Shown here one piece after another: positions 25,796 to 35,734 of a stretch of 41,254 nucleotides of DNA (the first letter of the stretch is position 1; every line of letters starts with the position of its first letter). The DNA comes from a virus. Its lineage: Duplodnaviria; Caudoviricetes. A model generated the notes under the pieces. That model was not told the origin of the DNA, did no database searches, and saw only the letters and a program-made list of their open reading frames with translations. Both the position numbers and the translations under genes were made by a program. Where the stretch lies: the IMG/VR virus record IMGVR_UViG_3300033402_000027, positions 1-41,254 of that record, one strand, 5' to 3'.

Positions 25796-26716
25796 TTATG
25801 GGCCATCGTGTTGCTCGATGGTAATGACGATAGGATCTGTAGAACCCGGGTTAATGGGTTCCACAGTGATCTCTCCGATAACTCCGATGGGCGCGAACTG
25901 TTTCGGAATCTTGGCCACGGGTGCCTGGAATTCAATAATCCCCATCCAGACTTGACCTCTTTGAGTCATAGTTCCGGAGTTGGACTTTTGAGAAGGCCAA
26001 TCCTCTCTTAACACTTTGGCTCGAGGAAGCCCGCCCGTCTCGTCAAAGAGCACGCTGTAGAGAGCAAATGCTAGCGCTTGAACGGCATCGAAATCTTTGT
26101 AATCAGGATCAGGGGCCGCAGCTCCATAATCGGTTGCGCACCCATGAATCCATACTTCAAACGTAGGAAATTCTGTTGCAAGTTGAGGTTGCAACGTCAT
26201 AGATTGCTGTTCGAGAGATCCACGGACCGCGGGGTATTCAGCTGCTACAATGCTAGGAGCCGCTCCACCGTAAGGCTCAAAGTCCCAGGCTCTTCCTGAT
26301 GTCGGAATGAACACGATGCGAGGAGAGGAGACTGCTGCTGCAAGTTGCAAATTGCGGCGTCCTAGTAAAATTGAGTATTCAGGGAAGGCACATTGGATCA
26401 GGCCCCCACTGATATAGGCATTTACTCCGACAGAATCGACGACAATCCCCTGCGCCGTAAGAGTCGTGAGTGAGAAAGTATTCGCATCAAGCGGGGTTAG
26501 AATCCAGAGCCCGTTAGCTTCTACGGTGCCAGTAACTCCCGAAACAATTCCATGCACCACACGCCCAAGAGGGACGTTGTGATTCGGTGAAGTCACTACA
26601 ATTGGAGTAGTGACTGTCGCATTCGTAATAGGGAATGTTTTTCCAATGACTCCATAATCATTGATTAGAACAGCCGTTAGATTTAGGCTCGTAAGAGCCA
26701 CGAGGGCACCGATCAT
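25796..26716 (-). CDS. Tail completion/terminator protein with FCCH-like insertion
   Basis: Position before the sheath; PRIVFIP and FEVWIHG; ITNATVTTPIVVTSPNH...EANG. Confidence 0.65.
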   Translation of the reverse strand: MIGALVALTSLNLTAVLINDYGVIGKTFPITNATVTTPIVVTSPNHNVPLGRVVHGIVSGVTGTVEANGLWILTPLDANTFSLTTLTAQGIVVDSVGVNAYISGGLIQCAFPEYSILLGRRNLQLAAAVSSPRIVFIPTSGRAWDFEPYGGAAPSIVAAEYPAVRGSLEQQSMTLQPQLATEFPTFEVWIHGCATDYGAAAPDPDYKDFDAVQALAFALYSVLFDETGGLPRAKVLREDWPSQKSNSGTMTQRGQVWMGIIEFQAPVAKIPKQFAPIGVIGEITVEPINPGSTDPIVITIEQHDGP

Positions 26717-27138
26717 CGGCGACCTCCCCCTGACTTAATCGCTTGAATCTCAACGTCTATAGCGTTATGAACGACTCTTTCCCAAGTCTCGGGAACTTCT
26801 CCTCTCACAGGGAGAATTGGCCGTTTCTCTTGATGAAACTGGGCCGGCGAGTCAATCGTGACAGCCACTCCAGTTGCAGAGATAGCCATTGCACGAGCCG
26901 TAGCTCGCATTCGACCCGTATCAGTGAGAGGCGGAGCGCTTCGGCCCTTGCGCAGGGTGCTTGGAGCGAGAGGCGCCCAAGGGTTCCCGTACGGATCCTT
27001 CCCCTCGTCGAACTGCGCTTGAATTAGAGGGTTGAGGTCCTGAGCGATTCTCTCGGATGCACGGCTCGGCACTTGGGACAACTCGTCTAGTTGCTCCGCC
27101 AGGTGCCTCAGTGCCTGGAGATTTCCTGTCAGTCCCAT
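26713..27138 (-). CDS. Virion morphogenesis / neck protein (Mu gpG, P2 gpS-like)
   Basis: FDEGKDPYGNPWAPLAPST, LTDTGRM, AQFHQ, RPILP. Confidence 0.85.
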   Translation of the reverse strand: MGLTGNLQALRHLAEQLDELSQVPSRASERIAQDLNPLIQAQFDEGKDPYGNPWAPLAPSTLRKGRSAPPLTDTGRMRATARAMAISATGVAVTIDSPAQFHQEKRPILPVRGEVPETWERVVHNAIDVEIQAIKSGGGRR

Positions 27139-27151
27139 TCATCACGAATCC

Positions 27152-27427
27152 TTAAGAACCTTGTGGAACGATGGCACTCACCAGTCCAAAGACCGTAGCC
27201 GTGGTGTTGGTAGATCCAACTCGCTTAATAGGCCAACGGACGTACTGCCCCGCTACGACCGCGATGGTAATTGGATTGGATGCCTGAGGACCGTTCCGAT
27301 TCCAGATGACAACATTGCCCGCCACTGAGACATAGAGTCCAGCAAACGGACCTGCCGCATCATCTGCCGTGTCACTCTTGGTGACTGCCACCGCATAATC
27401 ATAGGTCTCGCACCAGAGGTTACTCAT
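27152..27427 (-). CDS. Head-spike base protein, RcGTA Rcc01079-like
   Basis: AVAVTKSDT, GLYVSVAGNV, VVAGQ, IKRVGSTNTTAT. Confidence 0.72.
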   Translation of the reverse strand: MSNLWCETYDYAVAVTKSDTADDAAGPFAGLYVSVAGNVVIWNRNGPQASNPITIAVVAGQYVRWPIKRVGSTNTTATVFGLVSAIVPQGS

Positions 27428-27924
27428 CAGAAGCCTCCCACGACCGGGCGGCCGTTTGGACTAAATTGCTGCCAACCTCTCGGTTGATTGCTCGAAACCT
27501 GTGGGGCATCATGAAGAGGATCCGAACCTACTGCGATTGAAGGTGTCACGTCCGGTTGAATGTTCTGCTTCTGAATTCCCGGAAAGAAGCCCGGATGGAT
27601 GTAGCCAGGGTTATCAGGATCAGGTCCCCCGAGAGCCCTGGCGTAGGTCGACCGGACATTCCGATCTGAGCCCGCCATGGCTGCCCATCCAATGGGCCCA
27701 TCCAGAAGAAGATAGACGACGATCGCTGCCGTCCATCTCGTCACGTCATTTCCCCAGGCCAAGAGCGGAAGTTGATATCGACCCCTAATATAGGAATCGG
27801 CAATCTCCGTCGCGTCCAAACATGCCTGCTGCTGCTGGGCAACCGTGGCTAGGTTGAGCACAGCAGCAGGCATATATTGGGGGAGTTGGGTGTACGTGAC
27901 GTACGGGGTGTTGCCTGGGCCCAT
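27427..27924 (-). CDS. Head-tail adaptor, Mu gp36 / DUF1320-like
   Basis: DATEIADSYIRGRYQLPL motif. Confidence 0.85.
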   Translation of the reverse strand: MGPGNTPYVTYTQLPQYMPAAVLNLATVAQQQQACLDATEIADSYIRGRYQLPLLAWGNDVTRWTAAIVVYLLLDGPIGWAAMAGSDRNVRSTYARALGGPDPDNPGYIHPGFFPGIQKQNIQPDVTPSIAVGSDPLHDAPQVSSNQPRGWQQFSPNGRPVVGGF

Positions 27925-28460
27925 CAGGAAATTCTCCCATCAAAAGGAGGAGATTCCAGGTAATTTGCGGCATTTCTCAAGACAGATGATTGATCTCGCG
28001 CAGATCCCAACATGAAATTGCAAGGACTGCAAAGAAGCCCTCGAACTTTCTCTGTTGCGTGATCGTGGTCCACTGCGAGCCTCTTTCCTTCGTTATCTGA
28101 TCCGCAGATGGCGCAAACTCCATTTTGCTTCGTCAATAAAGCCTGAAATTGTTCTAACGTCAGTCCATGTTCCTGGAGTTTGTATTTGAGAGCGCGCGCC
28201 CGATCTCTCTCTTTTGCCAACTCAGGGTGCTCTCGACGCCATCTCGCTTGAATCTCACATTGCTGTTTGAGACGCTCCGCTTTCTTCTCTGGTGTGAGAT
28301 TTTCACGTCGTTTCTTGTCGGCTCTTGCTGAAGCTTCTTGAACTCTTTCTGGGTCTCTCTTTTTGGCATATTCAACGAATCTATCCGGATTAGCAGCACG
28401 GGCTCTCCGGATAGATTCGCGATTGGACTGACGACGTTTCTCGGGATCCTTGTAGGGCAT
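27924..28460 (-). CDS. Endonuclease VII-family (homing) endonuclease
   Basis: QNGVCAIC, LAVDHDH, KVRGLLCSPCN, LRNAANYL. Confidence 0.92.
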   Translation of the reverse strand: MPYKDPEKRRQSNRESIRRARAANPDRFVEYAKKRDPERVQEASARADKKRRENLTPEKKAERLKQQCEIQARWRREHPELAKERDRARALKYKLQEHGLTLEQFQALLTKQNGVCAICGSDNEGKRLAVDHDHATEKVRGLLCSPCNFMLGSARDQSSVLRNAANYLESPPFDGRIS

Positions 28461-28502
28461 CCCGAACTTTACCAGGCTGGGTATTCGCCTGGTTCACGGG
28501 TC

Positions 28503-29540
28503 CTACGGTCCACTGCGTGCAATGAGCCAGCTGTAGTTCCAGGCCGGCGCGACACGATCCCAGCCACCCCACGTGTATTTGTGGGAGTCGAAGACGATAG
28601 GATCGTTCTCGTTGATACGAGGCACAATACGCGGAGCCTCACGGACAAGCCAGATGAGGGGCTTCATCGCGTGCGAGGTGTCCATCAGGTACCAACGCTT
28701 GGTGTTCTTGAGCCAGCGATTGACGATGGGACGAACACCCATCTTCGCAAGCTGGTTGTCAGCTGTACCGACCTGACCGGTGAGCGGCGAGAAGGCGCCC
28801 CAAGTCGGGTTAGCGAGGAAGGTCGCCTTGAGGATGAAATTCGCCTCAACCTGAAGAGTCGAAGGAATCATCATCGCATCAGGCATCACGCCCAGAGCTT
28901 CACCAGATTCATCAGGAATTACCTGCATGTACTGGAGAAGCGAGGAGAAGCTCTGTTGCGAGAGCGCACCACCGATGAGAGTCCCGTTGATGGTCTGTCC
29001 GCCACCAGTGAAGTCATTGGAATAGGTACCCGACGCAAAGAGTGCGTTTCCTCCACCGTTGTAATTCGGCAGATAGATGTTGATGGGGTGAGCCGTATTG
29101 AAGGCGGTCAATCCATCAAGACCATTCTGACGATTGTCAGAGGTCTGGACTCCGGTACCTTCGAGAAGGTCTCGGAGTTCATACTCCGGCTGACGACGCC
29201 ATTGCGTGGTCATGTCCGGGAGCATGCGCCAGAAGATCGACTGGGTGTTTACGTCCGAGTCGTCGAGCTGGAAACGGTCGATACCGTAAGTCAACTCGTA
29301 GGGAATCGGAGTAACCTGGTAGGTCTGAGCGCCGGGCTCTTGGACCACGCGAGATCCGAACCAGGTACGAGGCTTCGGCATGCGGCCGGTCCAGCCTGCG
29401 TTCCAGATTGACCCGGAAATAGGGATGGTCGTAGACCATTCCTTGTAGGTCATTGCAGGATCGAGCTGGGTATAGATTTGCCCGATCGTGGTGTCGACGG
29501 TCGTGATGAACGCCGTATATTGCTGCGGTGTAAGAGCCAT
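28503..29540 (-). CDS. Major capsid protein, Mu gpT-like
   Basis: GRMPKPRTWFGSR, YELTYGIDRFQLDD, DGLTAFNTAHP, WYLMDTSHAMKPLIW. Confidence 0.9.
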   Translation of the reverse strand: MALTPQQYTAFITTVDTTIGQIYTQLDPAMTYKEWSTTIPISGSIWNAGWTGRMPKPRTWFGSRVVQEPGAQTYQVTPIPYELTYGIDRFQLDDSDVNTQSIFWRMLPDMTTQWRRQPEYELRDLLEGTGVQTSDNRQNGLDGLTAFNTAHPINIYLPNYNGGGNALFASGTYSNDFTGGGQTINGTLIGGALSQQSFSSLLQYMQVIPDESGEALGVMPDAMMIPSTLQVEANFILKATFLANPTWGAFSPLTGQVGTADNQLAKMGVRPIVNRWLKNTKRWYLMDTSHAMKPLIWLVREAPRIVPRINENDPIVFDSHKYTWGGWDRVAPAWNYSWLIARSGP

Positions 29541-29542
29541 GA

Positions 29543-30070
29543 TTAGGGCCTCGGGACGGCGTTGAGGACAACGGGCCAGTAGGAACCACCGGGAGTAGAA
29601 CCCCCGGCGATGCCTGGATCCTGAGCTAGCTGGACACCGAGAACCGGGCGAGTGGAAGAACCACTAGTCGCCATGGCCAAGGGCCCTGAGGAATTTTCTC
29701 CGCCGTAGTAAACCGTCTTGCCGGCGGTCGCCTCGGAGAGCTGATCTGACCCGGTACCCGACTGGAAGAAGAATGCGCCGGTCTGGACGTTAGCCCAAAC
29801 CGCACCATCCGTGGTTCCTCCAACGATCCCGCTGCCAGTCTCTACGTAGGTGCCACCAGCAGGGTCGCCAACCATGCCAGCCACGATATCAGCCGAACCT
29901 GCCGTGGCGGCGTTCTTGAGATATCCGGTCGTGACCGACCCGGAGCCCGAGAGTAGAGCTACCTCACCGTAATAGAGCGTCTGGTTCGCTCCAATGGGAT
30001 AGCTTGTGGGCTGGGAGTTATCCCCCGTCCCATAGCGAAAGACGAAGGTGTTTTGCGTCAGGCCGGACAT
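29543..30070 (-). CDS. Capsid decoration/cement protein
   Basis: Between protease and capsid; YPIGAN..Y.G, V.TG.F, AGKTVY. Confidence 0.7.
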   Translation of the reverse strand: MSGLTQNTFVFRYGTGDNSQPTSYPIGANQTLYYGEVALLSGSGSVTTGYLKNAATAGSADIVAGMVGDPAGGTYVETGSGIVGGTTDGAVWANVQTGAFFFQSGTGSDQLSEATAGKTVYYGGENSSGPLAMATSGSSTRPVLGVQLAQDPGIAGGSTPGGSYWPVVLNAVPRP

Positions 30071-30073
30071 TGG

Positions 30074-31837
30074 TTAGATCCTCCCCTGGCCATTGAGGGC
30101 GGAAGCGAGTTGCTTGGAGTGAGCCGCAAGGTGACCCTTAACGAGCGCCTCGCGGTACTTCTCTTTATCACCCTGCCAAGCCTCGACCGCAGTGTCGATC
30201 ATCTGGCGGGTTTCTGCGGGGAGGGATTCCTCAGTACCCGGCTGAACGTGCTTCGGGCGAATGAGGCTGTTCTCATCCGTGTGGATGAAACCAGACTTCG
30301 CACGCATCTGTACGAAGCCCTCAACAGTGGAGAGCTTCTGTCCGGCGAGGAACTTCGCCTCGCTCTTGGTGATCTGACCCTTAGTACGGGCCGTATCAAT
30401 GAGGGAAGCCTTCTCATTGAGGCGCTGAGTGCGCTTGAGGGCGGCTACGTCCTTCGCCGTATTGGCGGCCGTAGCAGCGATGGCTTGAAGAGCACCGAGG
30501 GCCTTCTTGCCCTTCATGCCGGTGATGGACTGGACGAGCTTAAGGGCAGACTTGGCAGAAGCCTCTTCGGACTCCTCCTCTTCTTCCTCCTCGTCCTCCT
30601 CCTCATCCTCGTCCTCATCCTTCATAGGCATTTCGGACTTCTTGGACTTCTTGGATTCGGATTCCTCCTCTTCCTCCTCGTCCTCCTCCTCATCCTCATC
30701 GTCCTCTTCGTCCTCATCATCCATGTCCTTCTCGGATTCAGATGAGAGCTTCGCAAGAGTCTTCTGAGTCTTCTTGTACGCGTCGAGCGCGGAAAGAAGG
30801 GACGCGATTTTCTTCGGGTCCTTCTCCGTGGCGATCGATGCCTCGGTCTTCTTGATCAACGCGGACAACGCAATCGGCATGACTGCCTCCATTGACGACG
30901 GATCCATAAAAATTTTAGTGGCAGAACCTTTGGCTGACACTCGACGATCGGTCTGATTGCCACCTTTGGAAGTGGCATTTTCTTCAGGTTTAGTATCTCC
31001 TTGAGCCCCCAACAGAACATCATCGAAACTCATGATGTCATCGGCGAGTCCACGTTTCACCGCATCAGGCCCTAGAAAGATTCCAGCCTGATAGCTCTGA
31101 ATCTTGGCGATAGGAATGCCTCGAGCCTTAGAAGCCAGGGTGAAGAAACTCATCGCGAGTTTATCTACCCTTTCTTGTTCCACAATCAGAGCATCATCGG
31201 AAATTGGTGCATGCAAATGACCATCAGCCTTGCGGGCACCTGACGTGAGAAGTCTCACGTCATAACCATCTTTCTTATTTTTCCGAGCCTGGGAGATCAT
31301 CGTAGAGATGACTCCGATGCTCCCTAGAATAGCGGATTTCGGGCAAATAATCTCATCACCCACCATCGCGAGCGCGTAGGCCGCACTAGCGGCCATTTCG
31401 TTCACATAGGTGATCACGGGAATCTTATATTCCAGCTTCATTCGCCGGAGAGCTTTAACCGTCTCATTGAGTCCAGCCACAACTCCGCCAGGACTATCAA
31501 TGCACATAATCACACGCACCGGAGGAACAGCCTCTAGAGGCTTGTAGTTCTCCTCATATTTATGCGCTTGCTCATGCGCATCCACGCAATCCTGACCGGT
31601 GAAGGCACACCGCATCTTCTTAGTGATGCCTTCGTAGGACTCAGCACATCCCCATTCATCCGCGTGGTGTTCTAGTTCTCCACGAATATGAACGATAGTG
31701 ATGTCGCCACAACGCTCGTTGGGTTTGGGTGCATCACCGAAGAGCCAAAAAAATCCCTGCGGTCCGCGATGGATCCTTGTGGGATCCATCGCAAGCATTT
31801 CTCCGGGTTTAACGAATCTAGCGGTAGGACGCTTCAT
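30074..31837 (-). CDS. S49-family prohead protease fused to an acidic scaffold
   Basis: IDSPGG, MAASAAYALA, GSIGV; C-terminal Asp/Glu tracts. Confidence 0.92.
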   Translation of the reverse strand: MKRPTARFVKPGEMLAMDPTRIHRGPQGFFWLFGDAPKPNERCGDITIVHIRGELEHHADEWGCAESYEGITKKMRCAFTGQDCVDAHEQAHKYEENYKPLEAVPPVRVIMCIDSPGGVVAGLNETVKALRRMKLEYKIPVITYVNEMAASAAYALAMVGDEIICPKSAILGSIGVISTMISQARKNKKDGYDVRLLTSGARKADGHLHAPISDDALIVEQERVDKLAMSFFTLASKARGIPIAKIQSYQAGIFLGPDAVKRGLADDIMSFDDVLLGAQGDTKPEENATSKGGNQTDRRVSAKGSATKIFMDPSSMEAVMPIALSALIKKTEASIATEKDPKKIASLLSALDAYKKTQKTLAKLSSESEKDMDDEDEEDDEDEEEDEEEEEESESKKSKKSEMPMKDEDEDEEEDEEEEEEESEEASAKSALKLVQSITGMKGKKALGALQAIAATAANTAKDVAALKRTQRLNEKASLIDTARTKGQITKSEAKFLAGQKLSTVEGFVQMRAKSGFIHTDENSLIRPKHVQPGTEESLPAETRQMIDTAVEAWQGDKEKYREALVKGHLAAHSKQLASALNGQGRI

Positions 31838-33264
31838 TTGCCTAGACCCCCTGAAACGGGATCAACGATGTCGAAATCAGGGAGTCCATCAAGACCAAAG
31901 GTCTCCCTCGCAAACTGACGGACTTGCTCAGGGTCTTTGAATTTGACCCCTCCGCGCCGCATAACTTCGATACCGGTTCCAAATTGGACGAATTGTTTAG
32001 CGTTATTGACGTACTCATCACGCCCCTTAACATCCCACCATGTCCAAGGAGCGAGATTGGCATCCCCGAAATTCAAATAGGCAAACGGACGAGCCACCTG
32101 ATTATAGATAGTCCGCTTCCAACTCATGTTGTCGAGCTGGGCGCCCTCGGAGCGCACATCCATTTGGACTTTAGCGGCGCCGTACGATCCGCCTTCAACT
32201 TGAGTGGTCAAATTGACCATCAAGAGAGCGAGCACGATAGCCATATCGCATCGGTCAATCTGCGCAGGGTGCACCTGCCAGCCATCACCCTTGGCTTCGA
32301 TCAATTTGTAGTCATATCCTGAATTTTCAGGTTCCCCGATATCCCGGGGGATAATCATCGCCGTGTTGGCGCCCATTCGAGCGAGGTTGTTTTCAAAATT
32401 GGAACGTTCCACGGGATCGCCCACCATGGGGACATATCCAATTCGAGTCGGATTTCCATGAACTTCACCAAATCGGGCCATGTCTCGAAAACCGAAATGG
32501 CGAAGCATCCATGGTTCCACGACAGCTCGAAGTGCACCACGGATCCATCCGCGATAACTTCCGAAGGGCGCATACTCCACCCACTTTCCGTTACCAGGAA
32601 TGATGGGAATCTGAGCGTCTTGCCCGATGGCTTGGAAACAACGAAGGAGCCAATCGTACCAGGTGAATACCGGATGCCACGGAAAAAGATGGGGGGCATA
32701 GTCAAGCCGAGGCTGCTGAGTATCCCAGCAGAGTTGGCCATGCGAGAATCCCATCATAATCCCATAATCATTCATCTCCCGGATGGCTGCGGTTCCTGAA
32801 AATCTCGGCCACCAATCTTGCCAGGCCTGAAGACATTCTTTAGCCGCAGAAGATTCATCTGCTGCCTTGAATCGTGTCTCCCTCCCGAAAACCGCGCTTG
32901 CCCGAGAATTGAGCGTGGAGGTTACGCGGTCATCTCCAAGAATCGAATCGCAAAGAAGACCCGAGGCGTAGAAAACTCCCACCAGATGGGAGTAAATAGC
33001 GCCTCGGGCTTCCTCAATCGACCAGGTGTTCTGAATCGTGACAAGAGGAATGTCACGATAGATCAGCTTAGCGCGCGCTTCAGTATTTGAATCTGTCGCG
33101 TCTACTACTTTATCTTGAAAAGCCGGATCTTTGATGTTCGGCACATTGAGGCCGCTCATCCATTCCTTCTCAATGGAAGAAAAAGGAATATCCCCTCCGC
33201 CTCGAGCGGGGCCATTCGGGCGACCGGGAGGCGGACCGTAGCCAGGATCGATTTCTTTAGCCAT
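31834..33264 (-). CDS. Portal protein, Mu gp29 / DUF935-like
   Basis: DDRVTSTLNSR, RFGEVHGNPTRIG, NLTTQVEGGSYGAAKVQ. Confidence 0.88.
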   Translation of the reverse strand: MAKEIDPGYGPPPGRPNGPARGGGDIPFSSIEKEWMSGLNVPNIKDPAFQDKVVDATDSNTEARAKLIYRDIPLVTIQNTWSIEEARGAIYSHLVGVFYASGLLCDSILGDDRVTSTLNSRASAVFGRETRFKAADESSAAKECLQAWQDWWPRFSGTAAIREMNDYGIMMGFSHGQLCWDTQQPRLDYAPHLFPWHPVFTWYDWLLRCFQAIGQDAQIPIIPGNGKWVEYAPFGSYRGWIRGALRAVVEPWMLRHFGFRDMARFGEVHGNPTRIGYVPMVGDPVERSNFENNLARMGANTAMIIPRDIGEPENSGYDYKLIEAKGDGWQVHPAQIDRCDMAIVLALLMVNLTTQVEGGSYGAAKVQMDVRSEGAQLDNMSWKRTIYNQVARPFAYLNFGDANLAPWTWWDVKGRDEYVNNAKQFVQFGTGIEVMRRGGVKFKDPEQVRQFARETFGLDGLPDFDIVDPVSGGLGK

Positions 33265-33652
33265 CGGTCTTCTCCAAATAATCCGCAGCAGCGCGGATGT
33301 AGACCGTGTTCTCTCTCAAAAGACCGATGGCCCTATTGCAACGACGACACAACAGACCACGAACTTTTCCAGTTACATGGTTGTGGTCTACTGCAAAACG
33401 AAGCACTTTATCCTTGATCTTCTCGATTTCGAGTTCTCGACAGATTGCGCAACGTCCATTTTGGGCTGCGAGCATATGGTTGTAATCAGCTTCGGTTAAA
33501 CCATATGCCCGCTTAATCCATTTGCGCCAGGTACAAGTCTTTCCCTTTTCGGTCTTGTTCCAAGCGCGTTTGCCCTCGCGGAGTGTGTCCTTATTCCGCC
33601 CTCGATAGGCCTTCTGGAACTTGGTATATTCCGCAGGATCCTTGTACGGCAC
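33257..33652 (-). CDS. Endonuclease VII-family (homing) endonuclease
   Basis: YGLT, QNGRCAIC, AVDHNHVTGKVRGLLCRRCN, AADYL. Confidence 0.92.
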   Translation of the reverse strand: MPYKDPAEYTKFQKAYRGRNKDTLREGKRAWNKTEKGKTCTWRKWIKRAYGLTEADYNHMLAAQNGRCAICRELEIEKIKDKVLRFAVDHNHVTGKVRGLLCRRCNRAIGLLRENTVYIRAAADYLEKTDG

Positions 33653-33663
33653 AGGTTACGCCT

Positions 33664-34233
33664 TCACTCGTTGACTGCGCCGACCTTGCCTTCAATCCAG
33701 GGGGTCTTGATCCCCTCAGGAGTCTGGCAATGATGCGGCTGAATCTCGCGACCGACGTAACGGCGAATATCCGCTTGATAGAAATTGGTCCAGCGCCATT
33801 GAAGAAATCCCTGATTGAAAGTTCCCTGCGCCGGCTCCTCATTCTCCGGTAGATTCACAGGGCGATCAGCCCAGATATTGAATCCATCTGGAACTTTGCC
33901 ATCCTGAGCCTGGTAAACATAGGCTTCTTTCGGATGCTTGTAATTGCTGAGATAGATGACCCGACCATTCGGGTATTTTTTGCTCGCCACTACGTGAGCG
34001 ATTGCAGTAGCCCCAGTCTCTTCTGACTTCCACGGGATGTCGCGGTACATCTGTGGAGCCGGAGGCTGAGTAAGCTGCTTGATGTGCTCGGCCGTGAATC
34101 CCGCCATATCGAGCGGGCCCTGTGGCTTCAAGCTCGTAGCGAGCGCAGTCATTCCCTCGGTGATCCCTTGGGTGATGGCCTGTGCAATAGAAACTTCTTG
34201 CTTGTTCAGATCTTTCGAAGGCTGGTCGCCCAT
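33664..34233 (-). CDS. Hypothetical protein between TerL and the portal
   Basis: 189-aa ORF in the operon direction with an AAGGA RBS. Confidence 0.7.
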   Translation of the reverse strand: MGDQPSKDLNKQEVSIAQAITQGITEGMTALATSLKPQGPLDMAGFTAEHIKQLTQPPAPQMYRDIPWKSEETGATAIAHVVASKKYPNGRVIYLSNYKHPKEAYVYQAQDGKVPDGFNIWADRPVNLPENEEPAQGTFNQGFLQWRWTNFYQADIRRYVGREIQPHHCQTPEGIKTPWIEGKVGAVNE

Positions 34234-34315
34234 TGGGTTCCTTTAGATACCCGACCCACTCGTCAGGCGTCTTTAGGTAACCAGCATGATAAAAACTCGA
34301 AGGGTTATTTCGCCT

Positions 34316-35734
34316 TTACGTCCAATCCTTCATCGATCCGGAAACAGATCCCGAACCTACATAACTCTGACCCAGAATCCGCACAGTCCCTGCTACGGCA
34401 CTCCCCATAGCCCCATCACAAGCACTCACAAGTGCATCAATTTCATCATCATCATGGCCTTTATCATCCCCGCGGAAGGCTCCCACGCGATGAAGAAATC
34501 CAGGGACCCACTGACCCTGTTGAGGGATGATGATGTTTCCCTCATTCCAACGTCGAATGGTTTTCTCGGCACGAACGAGTTTATTGTAACGAGCTTTCAT
34601 AGGTACAAATCTAAGCCCACGTTGCCTCATGAGCCTGACCATTCCGACTTCAGGCCCCGAGACATATGAGTAAATAGGTGCGGCCCCATATTTCATTGTG
34701 AACATATTGCACGTACTCTCGATCAAATGGGCATCGAGTTTGGTACGTTGGACCTCGAGCAAATATGCTTTAGTCCCAATAATCTTCATCGCTACAATCG
34801 CGAAATAATCTGACCCTGCTCCAGCGGTAAATGCCAAGTCACAACCATAGACGAGACGAAAATTCCAATCAGGAAGTCTCTCGTAACGCTCTGGATCTGC
34901 TCGAAATTTAGAACTACCGATTGGTTTTGGATCACCTTGAAATTGCGCATACCAAATCCGTTCAGTCGGATCTTGTTCACGAAGTTCAGCCCTCGCTTTG
35001 TAGAGCTCTTCGAGTGGCCAAATTTCCGGGGCAAACGCTTTCTCTTGGAGCGAATCAGGATCTTCGTAAATTGCTGGGTGATGAATATGTTCCCACTTGA
35101 CTGCAGTCCTGAGTAATCGACGCCCGATAGGGTCATCTGGATGCCATCGACTCATTACGCCGAGGACCGGTCCGGGTTTTCCACCTCGCATACAACGGGC
35201 AGTGTAGTGCGAAATCGTTTCATCCACGTCATTGCGTCTCGCAATATCCATAGACGCGTGTTCGTCAAGAGGATCGTCAAAGAACACGAGATGGACGTCG
35301 GCTCCGAGTTTTGATTGCTCGGCGGACATTGTGAGAACTCCACCACCTTGATCATTGGACCAGTCTTCAATCGTGTTACTTCCAAATACAGGTCCAACTC
35401 CAGCGATCTCAGCCAACCTACGAATTCTCTTACCAAGAGTCCGCGCGCGATCGAAGCTATGCGTCAGGACCAGGATTCGCATCTTCGGATCCTGCACCAA
35501 GAGCCACACGATTCCATGCATCGTGGTTTCGCTCTTGAAATGACGAATAGGCACAGAACAGAGTGCACGAACAGCCTCACCCTTTGAGGCTCGTTCAATG
35601 AGCGCACACCAATCAGATAGATGACGAGGCTCTTTGAATTCCGGCGAGAGCCGTGGAACGAAACTCAAGAGTCCTTCTGCAGCAAAATCTCGATAGGGAT
35701 TTTTAGGCAGAACTTTAGTTTTGACTACTGCCAT
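34316..35734 (-). CDS. terL: Terminase large subunit
   Basis: PxRHxKS Walker A (PIRHFKS), FFDDP Walker B, MSRWHPDD, AQFQGDP, CDLA...SDYFA, HDDDEIDA. Confidence 0.92.
   Translation of the reverse strand: MAVVKTKVLPKNPYRDFAAEGLLSFVPRLSPEFKEPRHLSDWCALIERASKGEAVRALCSVPIRHFKSETTMHGIVWLLVQDPKMRILVLTHSFDRARTLGKRIRRLAEIAGVGPVFGSNTIEDWSNDQGGGVLTMSAEQSKLGADVHLVFFDDPLDEHASMDIARRNDVDETISHYTARCMRGGKPGPVLGVMSRWHPDDPIGRRLLRTAVKWEHIHHPAIYEDPDSLQEKAFAPEIWPLEELYKARAELREQDPTERIWYAQFQGDPKPIGSSKFRADPERYERLPDWNFRLVYGCDLAFTAGAGSDYFAIVAMKIIGTKAYLLEVQRTKLDAHLIESTCNMFTMKYGAAPIYSYVSGPEVGMVRLMRQRGLRFVPMKARYNKLVRAEKTIRRWNEGNIIIPQQGQWVPGFLHRVGAFRGDDKGHDDDEIDALVSACDGAMGSAVAGTVRILGQSYVGSGSVSGSMKDWT

Noticed and set aside
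28338-30745. Antisense ORFs of 357 aa (28338-29411) and 230 aa (30053-30745)
   Set aside because: They mirror the strongly codon-biased capsid and scaffold genes and show no protein-like motifs.
14660-33264. Transposable Mu-like phage, or a tailocin/eCIS/GTA
   Set aside because: No transposase or MuB is present. A full head, packaging and replication set argues for an autonomous phage.
27924-33652. Group I introns or inteins hosting the Endo VII genes
   Set aside because: Both genes are free-standing between intact genes. TerL, portal and capsid have normal lengths with no intein motifs.
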